From an uncultured virus (IMG/VR IMGVR_UViG_3300010334_000053) (taxonomy: Duplodnaviria > Heunggongvirae > Uroviricota > Caudoviricetes), in the IMG/VR virus record IMGVR_UViG_3300010334_000053: a stretch of DNA of 64,000 nt. The stretch is one strand, 5' to 3'. Below are positions 1-8,713 of the stretch, one piece after another. A program made the translations under genes and the position numbers. The notes under the pieces were generated by a model. That model was given only the letters and a program-made list of their open reading frames with translations. It searched no databases and was not told the origin of the DNA. How positions within the stretch are numbered: the first letter of the stretch is position 1; each line of letters starts with the position of its first letter.

Positions 1-608
1 ATCATTGCTTCTTTTATTTCGTCACGGATTTTCTTTCGATCTTCTTCCGAAATTGAAGGACCATCGTTATCTCCGTCACCGTCAAGGTGCTCATCTAAAA
101 GATCACCAAGGCTACTAATGTCAATTTTAGTAGCTTTTTCGTAAATGTCTTCATAGATTTGTTCAAATGACCATCCACGATACTTGTTATCTTGAAACAC
201 GCTTATAAATTTTGGAAATTCGCCTATCTTTTCGTCTTTGCAGATTTGATTAACTGCATAATCCATTGCAATGTTTGCAAGCTTTCTGTCACGGCTCTCA
301 CGGCGTCCCATATGATCAAATACATTATGAAGTACTTCGTGTGCAAAACCAAAGCTACATTCTTTGGAACTAAGCTTGTTAACAAATCCTACATTGTAAT
401 AAAAATGACGACCATCTGTTGCTAAAGTAGATAACCAGTCAGATGCATCAACGATTTTTAATCGAGTTGCCATGTTTCCAAAAAATGGATGACGGAGAAG
501 TAGTCCAATTCGTGCAGTGACTAACTTTTCCACCGCCGAGTGCTGCTCTTCGCGAGAATATTCTTTCTTTTCTGGCTTCTTGATTTTTTCTTGCTTCATA
601 ACAGACAT
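1..608 (-). CDS. DUF2201-type putative metallopeptidase/vWA partner of MoxR ATPase (runs off window start)
   Basis: Not in ORF track. Manual translation from ATG 608 (SD TAGGAG): MSVMKQEK...LLRHPFFG...LATDG...HEVLHNVFDH (HExxH). Adjacent to AAA ATPase. Confidence 0.8.
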   Translation of the reverse strand, partial: MSVMKQEKIKKPEKKEYSREEQHSAVEKLVTARIGLLLRHPFFGNMATRLKIVDASDWLSTLATDGRHFYYNVGFVNKLSSKECSFGFAHEVLHNVFDHMGRRESRDRKLANIAMDYAVNQICKDEKIGEFPKFISVFQDNKYRGWSFEQIYEDIYEKATKIDISSLGDLLDEHLDGDGDNDGPSISEEDRKKIRDEIKEAM

Positions 609-633
609 TGCAGACTCCTATTGTTATTCAACC

Positions 634-661
634 ATTATACACTAACATATTGAAATGTCAA
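634..661 (-). promoter_or_regulatory. sigma70-like promoter
   Basis: TTGACA-16-TATAAT. Confidence 0.65.
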
Positions 662-688
662 GGGGCCCATACGAGCCCCTTAACGGTA

Positions 689-1768
689 TTATTCCATTGA
701 CGAGATGATGTACTTGCCGTACCTTTCATGAAACTCATCAAAACTCGTGAGTTTCGCAGCATCAAAAGGCAGATTGTACTGAGTGAGTGCAACCTTTGCA
801 CCCATGACATTAAGCTCAGTAGGAAAATTGTTCATCATGAACTTGAAAAAGTTGTCTGCTTGGTTATTCCAGTCTTTTTCATTTCGCTCACTTGCTGCTA
901 ATAGTTCATAGCACATACTGATGGTCAATGAGTACATCGCGGAGATTTCTTTTACCTTCAGCTCGGTAACTTCGCCACTAAGAATCGATTCCGGCCTCGG
1001 TAATTTGCTAGCAATCTTGCGATGTGCCATAAACTTGACAGCAAGTCCGTCACCGATAGCGCCTGATACCAAGTCCGTGAGAGTGTTCTCTGGCAGATCA
1101 TCGTCTTCTAGGAGTTCAGCAACAAACGACCAAGAGCGAGGAGTGGCAAATGAGCGACTAGAACTACGAGGATCGAAGTCGTACAGATCCTGCTTTGCAA
1201 ATCCAATGTAACCGATTACCTGTTCATGAACATTGTTAGCAATTGCCCATTCTTGCCAATCACCGTGGTTTACCTTAATTTCAAGGTGAAGGAATCGGTT
1301 GGCAAGTGGCGCAGGCATTCGATAAGTAACGCCCTTGTCACTTTCACGATTGCCAGCGGCAATGATACTAACACCCTTGGGCAGATGATATGTACCGACT
1401 CGACGATTTAGAATCAACTGATATGCGGCTGCCTGTGTTGCAGGCGCAGCAGAGTTGAGTTCGTCAAGAAAAAGAATAGCAGTGGAATTAGGATCGCTAG
1501 GCAATTCAATAGGCGGTGCCCATGTCATTGCGCCCTTGTCTGGATTATAAAAGGGAATGCCCTTGATGTCAGTTGGTTCCCACAAAGAAAGTCGAACGTC
1601 AATGACTTCTCGGCCATTTTCAGCACCGACCTGATGAACGATATCTGACTTGCCAATGCCAGGAGGTCCCCACATGAATACAGGACGATTTACCTTAAAA
1701 CACTTACGGATTGCAGCCTTGGCCTCGGTTGGACTTTGGGTGCGATTAACACTGGATACATCTGCCAT
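689..1768 (-). CDS. MoxR-like AAA+ ATPase
   Basis: Walker A GPPGIGKS, Walker B LFLDE, AAGNR, LANRF. Confidence 0.85.
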   Translation of the reverse strand: MADVSSVNRTQSPTEAKAAIRKCFKVNRPVFMWGPPGIGKSDIVHQVGAENGREVIDVRLSLWEPTDIKGIPFYNPDKGAMTWAPPIELPSDPNSTAILFLDELNSAAPATQAAAYQLILNRRVGTYHLPKGVSIIAAGNRESDKGVTYRMPAPLANRFLHLEIKVNHGDWQEWAIANNVHEQVIGYIGFAKQDLYDFDPRSSSRSFATPRSWSFVAELLEDDDLPENTLTDLVSGAIGDGLAVKFMAHRKIASKLPRPESILSGEVTELKVKEISAMYSLTISMCYELLAASERNEKDWNNQADNFFKFMMNNFPTELNVMGAKVALTQYNLPFDAAKLTSFDEFHERYGKYIISSME

Positions 1769-1816
1769 TTTAAACCTCTATGAATTATTGTGAATGCAGC
1801 GTCTTGCTGTGATATA

Positions 1817-1845
1817 ATTCTAGCTGATTAAGTGCGCAGTGTCAA
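1817..1845 (-). promoter_or_regulatory. sigma70-like promoter
   Basis: TTGACA-17-TAGAAT. Confidence 0.65.
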
Positions 1846-1850
1846 TAGGT

Positions 1851-2243
1851 TTATTTTTCTTGTTCAGCCATTGCTCTGGCAATTCCATACTTTTGTATAT
1901 CGCCGTTGAATAATATTAATTGAACGGCCATTTTTTCTTTAAAAACCACTATTGAATTTTTATCAATATAATATGGACTATCAATGAATTTATCCAACCA
2001 TATCATGACTTGATTGGTAATTGTAGTTTCTTTGCAAAAATCAATGCTGTAGGATTTCAAATCCAATTCGTTTACAAGAAGTTGATATCCCTCTTCCGTA
2101 AGTCGTAAGCCACCTGATGATTTTTTTCTGGGATTTTGCCAAATGTAATTATATAACTTATCAAAAGACTCGGAGGGCTCGTTTTTTTCATTGATCACCA
2201 ACTGAGTGAGGTGTCGCTTGATGTCCATATTATTGCTTTTCAC
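1851..2243 (-). CDS. hypothetical phage protein
   Basis: ORF packed in operon; start may be the second Met. Confidence 0.65.
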   Translation of the reverse strand: MKSNNMDIKRHLTQLVINEKNEPSESFDKLYNYIWQNPRKKSSGGLRLTEEGYQLLVNELDLKSYSIDFCKETTITNQVMIWLDKFIDSPYYIDKNSIVVFKEKMAVQLILFNGDIQKYGIARAMAEQEK

Positions 2244-2511
2244 CGTTTATCAATTTATAAACGGAAAAATCCGAGCAATTAAACATTTTGTTCAATTTCT
2301 CAGATAAATTAAATGCATGTCCTTGATTTGAAAAGGATACTTTTTTATATTTTGTTCCTGATTGATGAGCAATCATACTTGTAGTTTTTAAATTTACCGG
2401 TTTACCTTTGTAAAATACTGCCCAAATAGCGTCAGCTTCCAATACTTGCTCAGTCTTATAAGTTTTTTTATTTGTAATTTCTAAAACTACATTAGGTTTT
2501 GGTCTAGACAT
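2230..2511 (-). CDS. hypothetical phage protein
   Basis: ORF packed in operon, downstream of ATAAATA motif at 2544-2550. Confidence 0.7.
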   Translation of the reverse strand: MSRPKPNVVLEITNKKTYKTEQVLEADAIWAVFYKGKPVNLKTTSMIAHQSGTKYKKVSFSNQGHAFNLSEKLNKMFNCSDFSVYKLINGEKQ

Positions 2512-2557
2512 GGTTGCATATATCTCACTCGGTTATATGCTATTATTTATTCAAAAT

Positions 2558-2782
2558 TTATAAATTGCCGCCGTCCATTTTGACAGTGACCTCTGTTTGT
2601 ACAGACGATCTTAGTGCAATTACATCTAATTCTCCTGCTAAACGAGTCATTACTACTGCCAATGATTCTTCGAGCATATTTGCTTCATTTATCGGCAAAT
2701 TTAGTGTTTTTTGACCGCTTTTTCGCGCAATTCTAGCTTTTTCCAAGAACATTTCGATAGGTAGAGTATTAAGACTATTCAT
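2558..2782 (-). CDS. hypothetical protein
   Basis: ORF overlapping neighbour start/stop. Confidence 0.65.
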   Translation of the reverse strand: MNSLNTLPIEMFLEKARIARKSGQKTLNLPINEANMLEESLAVVMTRLAGELDVIALRSSVQTEVTVKMDGGNL

Positions 2783-3263
2783 TGTTTGTTTCTCTGTTTA
2801 ATGAATTTATCATATTTTTTGCCTCTTCCTCAGTCTTAAACGGACCAATATATGGATATCTAGAAACTGTGATCAGTTTTGGACAAAATGATCTGATCCA
2901 GATTTTGGAAAATTTAACAGCATAGTATCCTGCGCAAAAAAAACATTTACTTCTACTAGTTTTTGTAAAAATAGGAAGTTTCTTCTTGACATCCCAAAGA
3001 GGATTAGTGGGTATACCTTTAGTGGGATATCCATATATTTCATTTTCCGGAGACAAAGTCTGAGATTCTTGTTGGATTGTTTCGTCTGGTATTACTATAC
3101 CAAATCGTTCTTTAATCTCATTTAATGTATCCACTTGAAATGTCTGACCACTACTGACCAGTCTGTAACCACTATTTTCTCTGTTGAGGGTTGCTATTTT
3201 ATTCCTGCCGTCATTTACTAGCCATGATTTGTTAGGAATGAGTACTTTTGCAGTAATATTCAT
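2775..3263 (-). CDS. hypothetical protein
   Basis: ORF with ATGA overlap. Confidence 0.7.
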   Translation of the reverse strand: MNITAKVLIPNKSWLVNDGRNKIATLNRENSGYRLVSSGQTFQVDTLNEIKERFGIVIPDETIQQESQTLSPENEIYGYPTKGIPTNPLWDVKKKLPIFTKTSRSKCFFCAGYYAVKFSKIWIRSFCPKLITVSRYPYIGPFKTEEEAKNMINSLNRETNNE

Positions 3264-4246
3264 TTATGATACCTTGCTGTTAATGGATCAGCATAGCTTT
3301 GAATTTGCTCGCTGATTTTTATTAAATCATGTTGGGCACAAAACTTTATTAATCTTATGCCTACCTGGCTGATATTTTTTTCTTTATTGAGTTCGTCAGC
3401 GACCGTATCTAGAATTTTCTGTTTGATATCAGATGGCTGAGCCTTGAGATCACACAAAATAACATTTCGATTATAATCTTCCAGAACTCGGTGCTCTTTG
3501 CCCTCACGATCTACCCATCGTTGTAACATAATATTGTTCCATGCCCACCCTTTAGAATTGCGATCAGCGAATGCTTCCTCTAGGCCTACCTTATTCTTGG
3601 TGCCTTTTTTGCGAACGCCTGGATACGCACTGAATACATTGTCGGAAGTATCACCTCTCATGCACTTTTCAAATAGCATCCACTCGGGATCTGGAGCTGG
3701 TTTAATCTCTCCAGTTTTTTTATCTTTGATGGGCTTATTTTTTTCATCAAAATATCCCTCATGGGTGATAGTCACTCCCATGATACCGTTGTATTGCCTG
3801 ACATTGGGTGCAATTAATTGTGCGAAGTCGCCATCAGTTGAAATAATAACATGATTATCATCAGGATGAGTTGAAATCCATCCTGCGATTAAGTCATCGG
3901 CTTCTAGATTAGAATGCTGCAACACGGTACAATTAGTCTTTTCTTTTAGAAATTCCTTAAATGTATCAAAAGTTTCCCAAAATAACTGGTCTTCTTCCGC
4001 CTCTCTTGGAGTAAGTGCATCACGAGCGGCACTTCGGTTTCGTTTGTATGGTTCATACACATCCTTTCGCCAGCTTCTGCCCTCGAGGCAAAATATGACA
4101 TGTTTACCCTCAAACTGTCTCCATGCCTTTCTTACTGAATCAAACATGATGTGGAGACACATGCCTACCCTTTCATCAGCAGATCCCCGAACTACATGCC
4201 GTGACCGAAAAAATGTGTTTGCAGCATCTACTATGATATAAGTCAT
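3260..4246 (-). CDS. rnh: RNase H / 5'-3' flap exonuclease (T4 rnh-like)
   Basis: IIVD at N-term, YKxNR, LEADDLIA, STDGDF, GDTSDN. Confidence 0.85.
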   Translation of the reverse strand: MTYIIVDAANTFFRSRHVVRGSADERVGMCLHIMFDSVRKAWRQFEGKHVIFCLEGRSWRKDVYEPYKRNRSAARDALTPREAEEDQLFWETFDTFKEFLKEKTNCTVLQHSNLEADDLIAGWISTHPDDNHVIISTDGDFAQLIAPNVRQYNGIMGVTITHEGYFDEKNKPIKDKKTGEIKPAPDPEWMLFEKCMRGDTSDNVFSAYPGVRKKGTKNKVGLEEAFADRNSKGWAWNNIMLQRWVDREGKEHRVLEDYNRNVILCDLKAQPSDIKQKILDTVADELNKEKNISQVGIRLIKFCAQHDLIKISEQIQSYADPLTARYHK

Positions 4247-4623
4247 TAACTAACCTCTGATTTTCCGTTGCCTAAATTATTTACATTGATGTATCCACTA
4301 AAACGTCGATCCATCATTACGCCTTCTTCGTTGCCAATTTCTCTACAAAGATCTTGGAACCATGAATCTACTAATTCTTCATCGGCTATTCCTGTATATC
4401 CATGACTTCGTAACATTACTATGAAATGCTCGTTCCAGTCAATATCAAAAAATCCATTTCTAGGGTTATCTGGATTAACATGCGTTTCTAAAACCGACAC
4501 CCAAGGTTCACCATTAGCAGTTGCCGCGGTTTTTGGATCAACTGGTTCTGATGTAACAGAATACTCTTTTGCTGTTTTATGAATCGAATTTCTTAATAAC
4601 CAATTTTTAATTAATTTAAACAT
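4246..4623 (-). CDS. hypothetical phage protein
   Basis: ORF coupled to rnh. Confidence 0.7.
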   Translation of the reverse strand: MFKLIKNWLLRNSIHKTAKEYSVTSEPVDPKTAATANGEPWVSVLETHVNPDNPRNGFFDIDWNEHFIVMLRSHGYTGIADEELVDSWFQDLCREIGNEEGVMMDRRFSGYINVNNLGNGKSEVS

Positions 4624-4629
4624 AATAAA

Positions 4630-4911
4630 TCACTCATATATATTTGACCATTTTTTCAATTTTTCAATTTTCTTTAAACAAGCATCGTTTACTTCTTCTG
4701 CTGATACAGTATTGGATGCAATTAATAAATTGATCATGCACTGGAGGTCACCCAGCTCTTCCGCAAGGTGTTCCCTATTATCCTTACTACTTGATGGATG
4801 ATAGCTTTCAAACCCAAATCTTCGAATTTTGCAAACTGCTTGTACGACTTCAACACATTCTTCTTGAAGAATGTTTAAAATCTCATCAATTTTCGTGTCT
4901 ACGCCGATCAT
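4630..4911 (-). CDS. MazG-like NTP pyrophosphohydrolase
   Basis: EECVEV...EELGDL. Confidence 0.7.
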   Translation of the reverse strand: MIGVDTKIDEILNILQEECVEVVQAVCKIRRFGFESYHPSSSKDNREHLAEELGDLQCMINLLIASNTVSAEEVNDACLKKIEKLKKWSNIYE

Positions 4912-4921
4912 TATAAATGCC

Positions 4922-5284
4922 TTATACTATTGAGTTGTTTTCTACCAGGGCAATTGTTGTTTTTAACTGGCTCTTTGCACGGTTGAAATTTTCAACGGCA
5001 ATACTGACCGCATTATTGTTTTTTGCCAACTCTGTTATTTTTTGTTCTTCTGCCATTTGTTTAGCTACATAATTAAGAAGAGCATCAGTATGTGCAGAAA
5101 GCTGAATATCATAATGTTTTTCAGGAATGGCAGTCCACGATCCATTTTCGAGTGCTTCCATTTTATTGATCGCACTATTATATCTTACATTCGGAAGAAA
5201 AGACACTGGTGAAAAATTATAACTGGAAGATTGTTTGTCATTAACGTGTATATGTGGACTATTTGAATATAAGTTAGTGTACAT
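4922..5284 (-). CDS. hypothetical protein
   Basis: ORF in operon. Confidence 0.6.
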   Translation of the reverse strand: MYTNLYSNSPHIHVNDKQSSSYNFSPVSFLPNVRYNSAINKMEALENGSWTAIPEKHYDIQLSAHTDALLNYVAKQMAEEQKITELAKNNNAVSIAVENFNRAKSQLKTTIALVENNSIV

Positions 5285-5305
5285 GTATTACCCATTCAAC
5301 AAGTG

Positions 5306-5524
5306 TCATGAAAAAGTTTTTACACCTTTAAATCTTGCCAAGTCAGCTTCCCATTGATTCTTTGCATCCTTGCCTTGGATGAATCGCTGATACTGCTTGA
5401 ATGAAAAACTTTTGTAATTAAACAAATCCTGTTCATTGAACTTGTATCCAAAATCACGACAAAATGTGCGATACTGCTCAAGTGACTTGAAGATATTGTT
5501 AACAGTTTGATTAGTAATTGGCAT
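5306..5524 (-). CDS. hypothetical protein
   Basis: ORF coupled to upstream stop. Confidence 0.65.
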   Translation of the reverse strand: MPITNQTVNNIFKSLEQYRTFCRDFGYKFNEQDLFNYKSFSFKQYQRFIQGKDAKNQWEADLARFKGVKTFS

Positions 5525-6510
5525 TATATTTCCTCTTGTGTGTTTGTTGTTGGATTGTTATTGGTAATATTATTTTCGACACACCACTCATCATAATTGG
5601 TGATTAGCTTCATGCCGTAATTGTCATATTTTTCTGGTAAAATTAGATTTGATTTTAATATTAAGTTATTTTTTTTAAATGAGCTATAATCTACATGGTG
5701 ATGCCATCTTCCGTACCTGAATACAACTGTTGCAACGTCGGGATGCAAATCAACTAACATCTGTGATTTTGCAATTGTTCCTGCAACATTATATCTTTCT
5801 TTAATTTCAAGATTTTCACTAGTAATTGCTACTCCGCTTTCATCCAGGCCTATTTCTTTGTGATAAAATTCAGCAGTGTTGCCACCAGACACCGTTTGTG
5901 TTGCAGCTTTGCCTTGTAAAAATGCATTAAACTGAATAGTACAATCACCGTCTTTTAGGACTCGTAAGCAAATATCTGTATCTTCGTTGTATCGTCCACG
6001 CCAACGATGCTTACAGTCATTTTTGATAAGCAATGTTGAATAAATGCGGCAATTCTTTGAGTATGGAGGATATTTTTGATTTGGTGCAATAAAGAATCTA
6101 TACTGAAAACCTGCAATTGGCACATTTTCGTACCTATCAACAAAGTCTTCTGCTGCTCGGAATATTGCACCAGATTCTACACGAATTCTTTCATTCTTGT
6201 ACAAGCGATAAAAATCTGCAATATTATCATCTAGGACCCAGTGACGTTCTGCTCCTAGAGCAATTGAGTGATCCCAGCACCAATTTCTAGCCCGCCCTGG
6301 ACCATCTCCATGATTACTAAAAGGAGCAATCAATAAAGTCACATATTCACGAATGCCAAAGATATCTAATGCAGATTCATAAAGTTCTTCATCCTGTGGC
6401 TCAATTGCAATATAATGAGGAACTCTCATGCGAGACAACGACCTTGAAGTCAACATTGACTCATGGCGACCTTTACTTATAATATATACGGGATATCTTG
6501 GATTTGTCAT
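5524..6510 (-). CDS. TET-associated/GREB1-like GT-A glycosyltransferase (putative DNA base glycosyltransferase)
   Basis: YPVYIISKGR, ARNW, HWVLDDNI, RYNEDTD, GGNT. Confidence 0.7.
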   Translation of the reverse strand: MTNPRYPVYIISKGRHESMLTSRSLSRMRVPHYIAIEPQDEELYESALDIFGIREYVTLLIAPFSNHGDGPGRARNWCWDHSIALGAERHWVLDDNIADFYRLYKNERIRVESGAIFRAAEDFVDRYENVPIAGFQYRFFIAPNQKYPPYSKNCRIYSTLLIKNDCKHRWRGRYNEDTDICLRVLKDGDCTIQFNAFLQGKAATQTVSGGNTAEFYHKEIGLDESGVAITSENLEIKERYNVAGTIAKSQMLVDLHPDVATVVFRYGRWHHHVDYSSFKKNNLILKSNLILPEKYDNYGMKLITNYDEWCVENNITNNNPTTNTQEEI

Positions 6511-7574
6511 CTAAAGCCTTTTTCAACCGTCAAAAATTTGTGTTTATAGTATTCTAACATTTCCAGTCTCTTGGACTCATTTGGCTTATCATACATGATA
6601 AGCGGGGTTAAATCAACATCAAATGAAATTTGAACATCAGAAATATTACACATTTCATTTATGATTGGTAAACAATTGTTATGCAATGATTCTATAAATC
6701 GATAAATTGAAAAACAGTGTTGATCATATGATGGAAGAACAAGTGTAAATTTTGATTTCTTAATATAGTCCAGATATGTGTCTCTATCAACCAGACTATC
6801 TTCGCCAGTTACATAGTTCTTGCAAAAAATATTTGTATTTGAAAAATAGGGAGACATTTGATCTACATAATCTAGTGCATAGTCTCTTTTGCTATTTTCA
6901 AGTACAGAGTATCCAAATGTTAGATCATATATCTTTTCTTCCTTGACTTCAAAAAGATCATTTTTATTGTTGAAGTGAAACTGAAGACTGTCTAGTCTTT
7001 TAGTATTATACTCTTTTATATCATATCCATGATATAAATGGTAGTTATTACTATTAGGAGCATAATCCTCGTGAACAAGATCTAATGACATTTCATTTGG
7101 ATCAAATGCTAATTCATGTAACGGAATATCATATGTCCTATGTGCCTTCAATAAAGCCAGTAAGTTTGTCAATATAACACCACATGATTGCCATTTTAGC
7201 TGTCCCCTGTCGAGTGGAAATACTCCATTTCTTTTACTTCCGCGAGTGAGATTTGACCTCCAGAGATCGACGCCTCCGATGATATACAAATTTTTATATT
7301 CACTCAGAGGTGATATATCTATGCTATCATAAACTTCTTTCCAATTTGACATATTGATCGCATTTTTTTCATAAAATTCACCAAAAATATTTAAATTTTT
7401 ATTAATATGAATATTTGCGTAGCTGGAAATAAACTTACTAGTTTTATCTGTTTTTTTACATGACAAGTAGTCAACGTTAGTACCATTGCTGCGAAGAATA
7501 CTCATATGAGCAACCACAGACTTGCCTTCCCTGCCTGTTATAGGCCTAGTTGTAAAAAAAAGACTGGAACTCAC
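6507..7574 (-). CDS. putative GT-B glycosyltransferase
   Basis: C-terminal YLDYIKKSKFTLVLPS...RFIESLHNNCLPI resembles GT-B donor-binding region. Confidence 0.5.
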   Translation of the reverse strand: MSSSLFFTTRPITGREGKSVVAHMSILRSNGTNVDYLSCKKTDKTSKFISSYANIHINKNLNIFGEFYEKNAINMSNWKEVYDSIDISPLSEYKNLYIIGGVDLWRSNLTRGSKRNGVFPLDRGQLKWQSCGVILTNLLALLKAHRTYDIPLHELAFDPNEMSLDLVHEDYAPNSNNYHLYHGYDIKEYNTKRLDSLQFHFNNKNDLFEVKEEKIYDLTFGYSVLENSKRDYALDYVDQMSPYFSNTNIFCKNYVTGEDSLVDRDTYLDYIKKSKFTLVLPSYDQHCFSIYRFIESLHNNCLPIINEMCNISDVQISFDVDLTPLIMYDKPNESKRLEMLEYYKHKFLTVEKGFR

Positions 7575-7918
7575 TCTTCAATCCATCGCTTAAGGAAATT
7601 CGCAGACCTATCAAGCTTTGGATACCAAATGCTTTTAGTCTTTTTAGAAAGATTTTGATCTACTAGCTTTGCAAATGCGTTATAGTCATCTTCGTTCCTA
7701 AAGCTGACATAAATTTTCATATATGGAGCATTGTCTTCCTGAACAAATTCAGGCATTCCCTTCCAATGTTTTTTCCATTCAGCTTCATCATCTTCGTCCC
7801 ATCCTTCGAATAGTGTATCTGCGGTGTTTTCTGGTTCCTCTAACGGAACTACTTTTCCAATACAATTTTCGTATTCAGTTGATTCTTCAACTGTAATTTT
7901 TGATGATTTGTCTGTCAT
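7571..7918 (-). CDS. small acidic protein in glycosyltransferase cluster
   Basis: WKGMPEF...F.NE.D..AF...TKSIWYP; coupled to glycosyltransferase genes. Confidence 0.65.
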   Translation of the reverse strand: MTDKSSKITVEESTEYENCIGKVVPLEEPENTADTLFEGWDEDDEAEWKKHWKGMPEFVQEDNAPYMKIYVSFRNEDDYNAFAKLVDQNLSKKTKSIWYPKLDRSANFLKRWIEE

Positions 7919-7922
7919 TGTA

Positions 7923-8657
7923 TTATTTTGCCTCCGCTGGAAGAAGGTATCGGTAGTCTGCTATTCCGCTGTCAACTGTAATTTCAACAGCGCCGCCATC
8001 AGAGAACTTGATAACTTTATTACCTGGTAGATCCATGATTGCCATAAAAACTTTTACAGGCCAGTTCCAAGATTTGGTCAAAACTCCATTTACATTACTT
8101 TGAAATACAAAATTTCCGTTATTTGTACCGACATCGCCAAAATAAAATCTCAAATCACCCTTATCAGTGCGAGCAACAAAGTTCAGTTCTTCATTGTTTG
8201 CTGATGCTTGTTTCTTCATTTTCTGAATACTAGTGATGGCAGGCACAAGTTCAACATTCCATGTTGCGCCCTTGAATATAACTGTTTTTATCTTGTCTTC
8301 GATTACTGATTTTGCCATGAGCCGATAATCGTTGACGAAATCGCCAACTTCTGTTTCAAAGTGAATGCTTATAGGAACATTCTTTTCTTCGCCCTTATCT
8401 TCACGAATGACGTTTATTTTTGCCTTATTATCGTATTCATCAAAACTTAAAATTGTCTTTAACTTTGAAAGATTTGGCATACCAAATGTTCCTTGAAGTT
8501 CAGCAATAGGAACTTTGGACACTCCAGAAACAATAACTTTTCTATCTTCTGAATATGCAGAAATCTTGGTCTCGGTAGTTGAACTTTCTACTTTTATAAG
8601 TTCAATTATGCCTAGGCTGTATGTATGTTGAATGAGATCTTGTAGAAAATTTTTCAT
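7923..8657 (-). CDS. putative DNA sliding clamp (gp45-like)
   Basis: 244 aa next to polymerase, C-terminal YRYLLPA, clamp loader in same window. Confidence 0.6.
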   Translation of the reverse strand: MKNFLQDLIQHTYSLGIIELIKVESSTTETKISAYSEDRKVIVSGVSKVPIAELQGTFGMPNLSKLKTILSFDEYDNKAKINVIREDKGEEKNVPISIHFETEVGDFVNDYRLMAKSVIEDKIKTVIFKGATWNVELVPAITSIQKMKKQASANNEELNFVARTDKGDLRFYFGDVGTNNGNFVFQSNVNGVLTKSWNWPVKVFMAIMDLPGNKVIKFSDGGAVEITVDSGIADYRYLLPAEAK

Positions 8658-8679
8658 TTTTATTATCCTTATTTCATTA

Positions 8680-8708
8680 ATTATACCGTAAATTTATTAA
8701 AAAGTCAA
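8680..8708 (-). promoter_or_regulatory. sigma70-like promoter
   Basis: TTGACT-17-TATAAT. Confidence 0.65.
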
Positions 8709-8713
8709 TAAAT

